Of a stretch of DNA of 64,000 bases, positions 50,513-64,000 are shown piece after piece (the stretch's first letter is position 1; every line of letters begins with the position of its first letter). Origin of the DNA: Salpingoeca rosetta. Lineage: Eukaryota; Protista; Choanoflagellata. The stretch covers positions 188,843 to 252,842 of the forward strand of contig JAWQFM010000015.1 of assembly GCA_033442325.1 (NCBI GenBank), read 5' to 3'. The translations under genes were made by a program, and so were the position numbers. The notes beneath the pieces were generated by a model that had not been told where the DNA came from, did not search any database, and was given only the letters and a program-made list of their open reading frames with translations.

Positions 50513-53032
50513 ATGAGCGCTCTCGCCGCCTCCCTCACCCACCCCACAGAGCTCTTCCAGTGCGTGCCTCTGTGTGCATGTGTGTGTGTGTGTGCATGTG
50601 TGTGTGTGTTGGAAACTCTTCCTGTCTCCCTCACTGTCTGCCTCTTCTTGCCTCTCTCTCTCTCTCCCTCTCCTTTGCCTCGCTCCATCTCACTGTTGTT
50701 CGACTACCCTCACCACGATTCCTCTCACCGCGATTCCACTCACTGCACACGATTTTGTCAGGCTCATCAACTTCCAGTTCTTCGGCGGCAAGGAGCGCCT
50801 GTTCCCTGCCCGCGCAGAGGTACTTTCACCTGTGTGCGTGTGTATGTTGGGATTGAGATTTTGTGTCATGCCACCGATTGACCTCGCCGCTCATGAAGCA
50901 CGTCGTGTGTACTGGACTGTAGCTGGAGAACACGCCGTCCATGCGCCGATGCGACTACTATCTCTGCCGCACAAGCCGCAGCTTCTCCGCCGTCATCCGT
51001 GCCCTTGACGCGGAGCTCAGGTGTGTTGTTTGTCTGTGTATGTCTGTGTGCGTGTGTGTGTATTGCGTTGTGAGTGTGAGTGTGTGTTGTGTGAGTGTCT
51101 GTGTTGTGAGAATACGGAGAAAGTGAAACACGCCCCAAGCTGCACGTGTCTCCTTCCTCCCACCTTCACGCACACACACACACCTTCACGCACACGCACA
51201 CACGCACACACTCGCACACACACACACACGCACACAACCGACCATTGCAGGCCAGCCATCAGCATCTTCTACCTTGTTCTGCGCGGCCTGGACACAGTTG
51301 AGGATGACATGTCCCTGGACAAGAAGCTGAAGCACAAGCTGCTGACGACGTTCCACGAGAAGCTGTACGATCCCCAGTGGAACTTTGATGGCAGCGGGCC
51401 CAACGAGAAGGACCGCGACCTCCTCGTCGAATTCCACGTGGTTCGTTGGTGTGTGTGTGTGTGTTTGATTCTGTGTGCGGCTGCCATCTCTCTCCATCGA
51501 TCTCTGTGCAGCCATATGTCTACTTTTACTCCCATCCTTCTTATGCGTGCCCCATGCTCACCCCTCTCCTCCCACCGACCCCCCCCCCTTCCTGGTGCGC
51601 AGGTGACACAGGAGTTTCTTGCGCTGGACAAGAAGTTCCAGGTAGTGATTGCCGACATCTGCAAGCGCATGGGCCACGGTATGGCAGAGTTTATCGACAA
51701 GACGGTGGAGACGGTCGACGACTACAACCTGTACTGCCACTACGTCGCCGGGCTTGTTGGCATTGGCCTGTCGAAGCTGTTCTCGGCCTCTGGGCTGGAG
51801 AGTGCGGAGGTTGGCGTGGATGAGGAGCGGGCCAACAGCATGGGCCTCTTCCTGCAGAAGACAAACATCATCCGCGACTATCTCGAGGACTTGGAGGAGG
51901 GCCGCACGTGGTGGCCGCGCCAGGTACCACACGGCAACACGTTTGCCTGCGTGTGTGTCTGTGTGTGTGTGTCTGTATCTGTGTGTGTGTGCTTTTGTGT
52001 GTGTGTGTGTGTCTTGTGTGTGTGTGTGTATCTGTCTGTGTGTTTGTGTCTTTCTGCCTGTCAGTGTGTCCCTGTGACTCCACGCCCGTATGGCACCACG
52101 CCCAACAGCATCACCTCTCATACCAGCCTCCCAACCCCCCCCCCCCACAAACAACGCCTCTCCCCTTACGCTCCCCCCTAGGTGTGGAGCCTGTATGGGA
52201 CGAAGCTGAGCGACTTTGCGTCGCCCGACTGTGAGGCGGGCGGGCTCGCGTGCCTCAACCACCTCGTCGCCGACGCCCTGCAGCACGTGCCAGACTGTTT
52301 CGTGTACATGTCGCGCCTGCGCACGCAGAGCGTGTTCAACTTCTGTGCCATCCCGCAGGTGATGGCCATTGCTACGCTCGACCTGTGCTACAACAACAAG
52401 CAGGTGCTCAAGCGCAACGTGAAGATCCGCAAGGGCACGGCCGTCTCGCTGATGATGAAGGCAACCTCCCTCGCAAACGTCATTGACATCTTCGTCTCCT
52501 ATTCAAAGAGCCTCCAGAGCCAGGTGCTGCGGCTGAACTTTGTGCGTGTGTATGTGTGTGTGTGTGTGTGTGTGCTTTTGTGAGTTTGTGTGTGTGTGTG
52601 CGCGCGCGAGGGCGTGGGTGTGTGTGTGTGTGCTTTTGTGAGGTTTTTGTTTGTGCGTTTACGACGTGTGCAAGTGAGCGTGTGCACATGCGAGAAGAAT
52701 GCCACTTTCTTTTTGTTGTTTTGTTCACACCTGCCCGCCCACCTTCCCCAATTCCATCACCACCACCACCACCACCACGTATGCGCGCGTACGTGCAGGG
52801 CGTGACGACGGACCCGACATACGGCAAGCTTTCGAGCACGCTGGACACCATCTTCAAGCGGGCCGAGCAAGCCAAGACCATGGCCGCAGCCACAGACAAC
52901 CTGCGTCACACCCGCACAGAGGCCCAGCAGGCGCTCGTGCTCTCGCCATCAGTCACCATTCCTGTTGGCATTGCGCTCGCAGGCCTTGCAGCATACTACT
53001 ACACGCGCCACACGCAAGCGCCCAAGCCCTGA
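50513..53032 (+). CDS. FDFT1: Squalene synthase, 7 exons
   Basis: TSRSFSAVI, FYLVLRGLDTVEDD, YCHYVAGLVGIGLS, MGLFLQKTNIIRDYLED, FCAIPQVMAIATL, VKIRKG, and a C-terminal membrane anchor. Confidence 0.97.
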
Positions 53033-53396
53033 GCCATGCCACGCCTTTCGTTTCGTTGTTAGCATGGGAGCGAGCGTGTGTGTGTGTGTGTGTGTGGTTG
53101 TGTGTGTGTGTGTGTTTGGTTGTGAAGGGAGTGTGTGCCATCTGCTGCCTACAAACGATGCTGTGATTGGGATTGTGGTTGTGCTTGTGACTGTTCATTT
53201 TTTGATGCCGACCTAACAAAACAGTGAATTAAAGCTGATGCATGACGGAGTGAAGTGCGTGACATGCGGTGTGACATGATGTTCTGAAGAGTGAGCGGCG
53301 AAGAGTGTGAAGCGAAACTCTGTGAGGTGCGCAGTTCGTCACATCGCTGCCTTGACACAAGCGAAATATGACAATCACACCTATCAATTTTCCGCA

Positions 53397-54189
53397 ATGA
53401 TGACGGCAAAGAGGAAGAGGAGGAAGGACAGCCGCAACAAGAGCCACAGCAGCAGCGATGGCAGTGGTTCTGCTGCGACACGCTGGCAAGGCTGGCTGAA
53501 CACTGGCCTTGCTGTACTCTGTGAGTGAGGCTGTGAGGCTGTGAAGCTGTGTGAGTGAGGCTGTGTGTGTGTGTGTGTTTTTTTTTTTGCTTTGCAAGTG
53601 TGTGTGTGTGTGTGAAGGAGAGCGAAGACGCCGTTTGTGCGAGTGTTTGCCTTGTGGAAAGGTCGCAGACAACAGCCCGCTGACATGTTGTGCCTCAACT
53701 GTTTTGTCAACCTCTTCAGGCATCGCTGCAGCCGCCATCTGTTTGCCGTGAGTGATACGCACAAACGCGTGCCAACACGCACATGCTCATGCGCATGCAC
53801 TTGCACACATGCACATGTACTTGCACACGACACACTCACATGCGCACGCATGTGTGCTGTTGTGCAGCCTCGCCGTTCGCCATCTTCACGAGCAAGCCCG
53901 CTTCTTCTCCGCGCTCACAACGACCGAGAGGGAAATTTCCTTCACATCAGAGCAGGTCTGGGTCACACCGTGTCATGGTTGTGGTTGTGGTGGCTCATTG
54001 GAGTCACAGCTTCTTGTTTGTTCTCATGCTGCAATGTATTGCTGTGCGGCATCATCCACCCTCATCTTGCGTCTTCGTGTCAATGCATATCCAGGCCATG
54101 TACTATGCGTACTTCAAGAAAGCGCTGATGACAATCGAAGATACGCCAGGCATGCTCCCCACCAAGATCATGGCAGCAATCAATGTCAG

Positions 54190-54255
<66 letters not shown>

Positions 54256-54541
54256 AGGGAGCACCAGTTGCTACCACTTCTTCCAACTGCTGCTTCCCTA
54301 CCCGAATGCGACCGGAAAGCTCACACGCTGCCTTAATATTTGATAATGTGTTGAGAAGGCGTTCGTGCACGACACGCGCATTGAGCATCCGTCCAGCGTC
54401 AACGCTCTCCAGCGCTTCAATGTCTACCCTGAACTTGTCATTGCCACAGCCATGCACATCTGGCGCAGCGTCCATGCCTTCATCTGGGGAGAGCAGCCAC
54501 AGCAGACCTGCATGCAATGTGCGCGCGTGCGTGCGTGCGTC

Positions 54542-54610
<69 letters not shown>

Positions 54611-55371
54611 ATGCCACCTTCCCGCTCATCTGCAACCCCGCACTCTCTGCTATCCGCCAGTACCTGGGCATGTGCTTCAAGTTCACCCCAATGCATTGTT
54701 TCTTATCAGATCAACAGGCTGGCGGCTCAACATACATGACGTGCACGGGCGCAGCCGTCCCCATTTACTTCTACATCAATGTAAACACGTGCTTTGCTCT
54801 GTTGTGTGTGTGCGTGTGTATCTGACATGTGTTTGATATGTGTTCGCCACTTGCATGCGTGCCACATCACGAATATGGATTCACCAAATGAACCACGTTG
54901 CTTGCATGCTCGCGTGTGATTTCAGTCTGTGTTTGGCCTCCAAAGTCTCGCCATCGCCTCCCTCCTCTTCCTCGTGTGGTGAGAACACACCTGCGCCTGC
55001 TTGATGCTGCTGAAAAGCACGACCGTCCACCCGTTCATTGCCGGCGGTGAACAGAACTGCCGTTTTCATTTCACACTCCGCCTCACTTGCACACACGCGT
55101 GGTGCTGGCCATAGGGAGGTGTCTGGCAACAGCGCGTGGAGCGTCATCGCCGCAATCATCTTCATCGCCGTCAACTTTGACGAGGTGCAGTGCACTCCAG
55201 CGACGCAAACAGCGCATCCATCGTTGCACAGTCTTGCTCCGTTCCAGCTCACAAACATACACACGCACACGCACACGTACACGTACACAAGCGCTTTGGC
55301 TTGAAGTGGTTTCCCCTACCATTCACTCACTCTCCCTCTCTTACTCACTCACACACACATACACACACACA

Positions 55372-55414
<43 letters not shown>

Positions 55415-55928
55415 ACGTGCATGTGGTGCAGATGACACGCGTGATGTGGGGACCGCCACTACGAGAGAGTTTCGGATTTCCGTTTTGGATGGCACAAGTT
55501 GCCCTTATCACACACGCCCTGCGGTCAGCTGATGTGCTTTGATGTGATGTAGTATGAGATTTCGTGCTGTGCCATGCACTCGCGTACCCATAGATGAACA
55601 TATTGTGCACACAGCAACCCCAAAGGAACCCCCCCCCCCACACACACACAGCACAGCACACATACAGCACTCGTCACGCTCAACACGACAGCATTTGATT
55701 CCAAATGCAGGCAGTACAGGACACGCGTGCCCTCGGCCTTGATGGCCGTGCACGTGTGTCTCCTGGTTGCGTTTGCTGCGTCGTGGCAGTTTGCTCCCTT
55801 CGCCCTTGCTGTGCAGATGTGTGCGCTTGCTCTCCTCTTCGCCCTCGGTGCTCTCCCACGGCCGCTCCTCGTCGCTTTTGCCTCCTCCCAGGTGGGCGCC
55901 TCGTTGTGTTTGCGTGTGTGTGTGTGTT

Positions 55929-56004
<76 letters not shown>

Positions 56005-58189
56005 GTGTGCTTGTTGATTGTGTGAAAAGATGTGTTTGTACGGGTACGCATGTGTGTATATATGTATATGTATGTGCTGATATGCAACCCTGCCTGCCTT
56101 CGTTGTCCAGCCTGCAGTTGGCTTCTATGCATCATTTTCCTCACACACGAGTGCGCACTCAATCACGCCATGTAGACGCTGGCGTGGGGCATTAGCATTG
56201 CACTTCAGTTCTTCAACGCGTTCATGATCACATCCGCTTACACCGCCACCATTATCGGTGTGATGCAATTGCACATGTCGGCTTGCGCCTCGCTGCTATG
56301 ATTGACTTGTTGCTCATTAGCCTCACGAAAAGCGCGCACACGTGGCTGAATTGTTCTTGCTTTGTACTCACCACAATTAACACACACGCGCGCGCGCACT
56401 CAACACTCACACTCACACTCACACTCACACTCACACTCACACTCACACCCACGAAAACACACACACAAACACACGCTCACACGCTCACAAACAAACACAC
56501 GCAGGGTTGTGGGTGTCGGTGATTGCACTGCCGCTGCCGGATGGACGCGTGTGGCGGTTTCTTCGGTTCCCGCTCTTCCTCATCACCACTGCAGCAGCGA
56601 AGGCGGCGCCCACCCTCCTCCTCAGCCACCAGCAGGACGTGCGTGCAAGCGCTGTACTGTGTTTTCCCCGGTCACAGCCCTACCGTGACACACACGCACG
56701 TGCACGAATATCAATGCAAACCACATGCACATGCATGCAACCCCCATAATCACCACATCAGGCATGATGATGGCACTCACTCATCCCTTCACTTCCCCCC
56801 TCCCATCTATTTGTTGTGACAGAGTCACGTGCTGGACATGCTCAAGGCAAAGTTTCGGCTGGCACCCGGCACATTCCACACGAAACTCTACACGTGTGCC
56901 AGCGCTTTCGACTTTCTACCAGCGGTGCGCGCCGTGTAGAGAGGGAGCGAATGTGGGTGTGTGGGTGTGATTGTGGGTGTGTGTGTGTGGGGGGGGGGGG
57001 TGTGGGTGGGTGTGCTTGTTCGTAAGCGCGTGTTTCGTTGTTTGTCTGTGTCGTTGCGTATGATACGTTCACGTTGATTTCTGTGTGCACCTGTGCAGGA
57101 AACGTATTGGCGGTTCACCACTTCGCTTGTGCTGCCACTGGCAGTGATTGTTGTTGCTGCGAGTGGAATTGCGGTTCGTTTTGCTTGCACTCTACGCGCT
57201 TGCATACGCACGTGTGCCTGTGTTTGTGTTGTACACATGTGTGTGTGTGCTCTTGCGCGCATGCTCAAGTGCAAGCCAGACCACGACTGCTCTATTCCTC
57301 ACACGCACCACCTGCTCGGCAACACCTTTCGACCAAACACCCAACACAACAGCAACTGCGTCGCTTGCTGCGCAGTGACAGCAACGGTCACGCCACCTCC
57401 ATCACCGCTGGTCTGGAGAGCGCGCGGTTGTTTGCAGCCGTCATGGTGAGACAAAACGCTTCGCAATCGTGATATTGTTGAGCAGAGAGAACAGTCCTCT
57501 CTTGCTGGCGGCGGAGATGTTTATAGGGGTGACGAGATGTGTTTTGTTGTGCTGTGTTGTGCTGTGTGTTGTATGATGGGTGATGCATCATACAACACTG
57601 CCCTGAATACAGGTCTCACCATGTTTCCTCCTCCACATGCACGCGCTGCTGTGTTCGCTGCAGGCGTGCGGGTTTTTCGTGCTCGCGGTGCTGGTGATGC
57701 GCCTGAAACTCTTCGCCACGCCGCTCGTCATCGTCATGGCCTCTGTCGCGTTCTCGCCCGAGGTGAACACAGCAATTGCGTGTGATGTTGTAGTGGCAGC
57801 GTGAGGGGGTGCGTGCACATGGGCCTGGACGTCGTGTGTGCGGGTTTTGTTGGCACTCGTGCTCGCACTCGCAACTGACACATGTACACGCCCGCGCTCG
57901 TTCACGAACACCAGGCCGTGCGTCAAGTGCTGACACGACCATTCATGTTTGGCATGGGGACAGCTTCGCTGCACAAAGCCATCAGCATCGGCCTCATCTC
58001 AGGTGCAAAGCACAACAACACACTTAACGTGCACTTGAACAAGCGCACGCACGGTCAGGCACGCTCTAAACCTCACCACCCTCTCACACTGCTCCTTTGC
58101 CGACAGCTGTGCTCTTCAACGGATATGGACACGTGTCGCGCCTTGCATCGAAGCAGGGTGAATTCAACGACGCAAGCACACTCGAGCTG
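53397..58189 (+). CDS. DPY19L: DPY19-like tryptophan C-mannosyltransferase (GT-C), multi-exon, 3'-truncated as assembled
   Basis: EREISFTSEQ|AMYYAYFK, IEHPSSVNALQRFNVYPE, TRVMWGPPLRESFGFPF, WQFAPF, LYTCASAFDFL, MRLKLFATP, GEFND. Confidence 0.9.
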
Positions 58190-58224
58190 GTACGTGACGA
58201 TGAATGGCGACTGCAGGCACAGTC

Positions 58225-58301
<77 letters not shown>

Positions 58302-58427
58302 TGAGTGTGTGTGTCTGTGTCTGTGCGTGTACGTGCATCGCTTCCATTCCGATTTCACGCACACGCACACACACGTACTGCCAGGTGCGATTCGCAAACA
58401 CACACGTGTGCAACTGCTTGAACGCAC

Positions 58428-60738
<2,311 letters not shown>

Positions 60739-60802
60739 CCTCTGCGTACACACACACAAAAATTATGGTCCTTCGCGCGTTTTGGGCGCTACACTCAGGC
60801 AA

Positions 60803-60870
<68 letters not shown>

Positions 60871-61647
60871 CGCCCTCCAACACCATCCACCTTCTCAATA
60901 TGTCACGACACGCTGACACCGATTTGGGCACAATCACTGTAGTATTTCATCACAGGCGTTCGCTACGACATGTGCACACCCAGCAAACGATGCACGAATC
61001 AGCGCGCAAGAGGGCATGCACACAAGCAGGTCGACAGCACCCAGCAGAGCGACGGGCAGACAAGAAATGGGGGTAACGCTGCCGTCGTGCCGCTGGTGGC
61101 GAGACGCGGGGATGATGTGAGGTCACGAGCAATGGCAACAGAAACACAAACAAACGCGTGGGCGATCAAAGGCAACTGGACAAACACAGAGATACACATG
61201 CTACGTTCCAAGCATGAACACATAACAACAGAAGCAATCACGCGTGTCATGCACACGAGCAACGCAGAGAGAAGAAGGCAGGTCAGCGAGACTACACCAA
61301 TTGGCGATGAAGCGACACATGTGCATGTGGGTGCGATGAACACAAACTTGCACTTGCCACGCACAAACATGCATACACATTCAACGCAAAGCAAAGATCA
61401 TCACATCACCAACCACCACTTCCCAACTTTAAATGCACTGCACAGCGACACAGGACACGCGGCAACACGACACAAGCGGCGAATAGCAGCAGTAACACAG
61501 CAAGAAGCAGCAACACATGCAAACACATGTGCACCATCTGCCATGCCGTAGCCGCCAATCCTTCAGCCAAGCAAGCGTCGCAGGATCGCACGAGCGGCAA
61601 ACGAGCGAGCACGAGCACGAGACGAGGTGAGGTTGGTCGCGCAGGCC

Positions 61648-63693
61648 TCAGGCTGTGGACTCCTCCTCCTTGGCCGCGGCGCTGCTGCCGGGCGTGCTGA
61701 CAGCAACAGCGGTGCTGTCGTCCCCAGCACCGCCCTCAACCGCAACAGCAGATGTCGACGCCTCGGGTGTGGCATCAGTTGTGGCGGGGGCGGGGGCGGG
61801 GGCGGTGTCCGCCCTGTCCGCAGCAGGCGCAGCCGTGGCAGTGGCGGTGTCCGTCGTTGTGGCGGGGGCTGGCGCAGCTGTCTTGAAGTCGCTTGGGATG
61901 GCGACAGCGACAGTGGTGTCCTGGCCGCGGGTCGGGTCGTACACGTAGATGCGCGTCTTGTCGTACCGCCGCTGCCGCCGCTCACGACGCTCCCGGCGGG
62001 GCTTGCCCTGCAGCCAAGACGTGTCATTGTGTCAGTAAGCAATTCCGACGTAGGCATCAATGCGCTTCACCAGATGCACAAGACGCGCAAACAGAAGCGC
62101 AAACGCAACACATGTACACACAAGCAACACAAAAACAACAAACAAATGCACAAACACACACACACACAAAACAAATGCACAAACACAACAAACAAACACA
62201 CACACACAAACAAACAAGCAAACAAACAAACAAACAAACACACAAACATACACACAAACAAACAAATGCACAGCAGGAACACGAGCTCGCACACCTTCTG
62301 GCCTGCATCTGCGCCCTGGCCCTTCTTGCCCTTGTTCTTGCGACCCTTCTTGCCCTTCTTGCCGCGCTGGCCCGGCAGCGCGTCCTCGTCGCCCTCACCA
62401 GCATCGGCCGCCGCCTTCACGGGGTCTGGCGGCGCAACCGTCTCAACAACGCCGCTGCTCGACATCACAATTTGCCGCCGTGGGCCCGTCGGGGCAGGCG
62501 CAGCCGTGCTGCCGGTGTCATCGTTGTTGTCGTCTTCCTTGCCGCGGGACTTGCGGTTGCGGCGGCTCTTGCCCTTCTTCTTCTGCCCGGGCAGTGGCGC
62601 CTCGCCGGCCTCATCTGCTGCTGCTGGTGCTGTTGTTGTTGCTTGTGCTGTTGCTGGCTGCTGACCCTCTGCCGCCTGCTTCTCCTGCTGCTTCGGCTTC
62701 TGCTTGCGCTGTTTGCGGGTCTTCTTGCTGCCCTCACCACCCTGCTGCTGCTGCTGCTGTTGGTCGACAGCAACGTCCTCCACGCGATCCTCCTTCGACG
62801 ACAGCGTGATGTGCTTCTTCGGGCCCTGCTGCTGCTGTTGCTGCTGTGGTTGTTGTTGCGCGTCGTATGCGTCCACGGGTCTGCCCTGCGGCGCCTCATC
62901 GCCAGCAGGACCGCCACGGCCCCGACCGCGACCACGCCCACGGCCCCGCCCCATCGGCCGACCACCGGGGCCACCGGGGCCACCTGGACCACCAGGGCCG
63001 TACCCGCGCCCGCGCCCGTAAGGGTAGCCGCGGCCCCGTCCAAAGCCGCGTGGCATGAACGAGGGCAGCTCCTCGTCAAACTGGCGCGCGTCAAAGGAGA
63101 CCTCGCGCATGCGCGTGTCAATCTCCTGGATGGACTGCAGGCGGTCGCGCGCAAGCTTCAGCGCAGACTCCGCAAGCACAAACGCCCGGTCAACGCTCTC
63201 CTGCCACATGAAACGGTTGAGTGTGTGTGTGTGTGTGTAGTGAGTGAGTGAGTGAGTGAGTGAGTGAGTGTGAGTGAGTGAATGTGAGTGTGAGTGAATG
63301 AATGAGTGAGTGAGTGTGTGTGAGTGAGCAAGGTGTACGCCACTCGTGCGCTATCTGTCACGGCGAGTGTAGAACAATATGCATGAGTGCGTGCGTGTTA
63401 CCTGTGAGCCGATCATCTCGGCGCCCTCGCCGTCCCTGATGCGGATGCGCAGGACGCCCGACTGGTCAATCAGCCGCTGGATCGTCGCGCCGTTCTTCCC
63501 AATAAACGGGCCAATGTCTTGCCTGCAAGCCAGGGATATTTGGGGGGGGGGGAGGAAGGAAAGGTGCAGTGAGGGATGTGGGTGTGGGAAGGCGAAGGCG
63601 TTTACGAGGAGCGAGCGACCATGGGTGGGGGGAAGAAAGACGCACAGACACGAGCAACACAGGCACACGACAACACCAACAACAAGAAATCCC

Positions 63694-63767
<74 letters not shown>

Positions 63768-63958
63768 ACATGCATCAAACGTACTCGTCGAGCGGGAAGA
63801 CGCGCTTGACAATGGTCATGGCGGCGGTGGCGTAGTCGAGGCCCTCCTTTGTCTTGGCACGCACCATCACCGACGCCGATGAGCCCGCAGGGTCGCGGTT
63901 AATCACCACCCGGTCAACCTCGGGGTGCGACTCCACGTGGCTCACGTAGCTGCCCTTC
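61648..63958 (-). CDS. FXR1: FMR1/FXR-like KH plus RGG RNA-binding protein, 5'-partial (continues beyond the window)
   Basis: IGPFIGKNGATIQRLIDQSGVLRIRI resembles FMR1 KH2 ([26 protein letters not shown]). It is followed by IGSQ|ESVDRAFVL...QEIDTRMREV (GTKDSIANATVL...QIDEQLRQI) and an RG/RGG-rich box. Confidence 0.75.
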
Positions 63959-64000
63959 TGCTCGCACGTGCGCAGGCACCAAAGGGAATACAAGCATTGT

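Overview
Intron-rich, GC-rich eukaryotic DNA with GT-AG introns full of (GT)n/(CA)n microsatellites and three N-gaps. Gene content and style suggest a choanoflagellate, probably Salpingoeca rosetta-like (inference). About 16 genes could be assembled by hand. In order: spastizin/ZFYVE26-like (5'-partial, no FYVE), tubby, an ectodomain-less class-B/adhesion-like 7TM protein, a coiled-coil protein, an intronless NLR-like locus, a small membrane protein, UQCC2, NAA35, a secreted 7-blade propeller, WEE1, PRMT9, an ELOVL elongase, squalene synthase, a DPY19-like C-mannosyltransferase, a sulfotransferase and an FMR1/FXR-like KH-RGG protein (5'-partial). A possible HYLS1-like pseudo-exon lies just after the NLR locus. 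The best candidate for a novel system is the NLR-like locus (SAM-like, MLKL-like 4-helix bundle, Cbl-type EF-hand-like, NACHT, 14 WD40), which also carries a frameshift near a CAG tract and a chimeric NACHT duplication. Also notable are strand-polarised complementary intron repeats, an FMRP-like gene outside animals, and two convergent genes both cut off at one (GT)n tract. All homology calls come from remembered motifs; no database search was run. Exon borders were inferred by eye.
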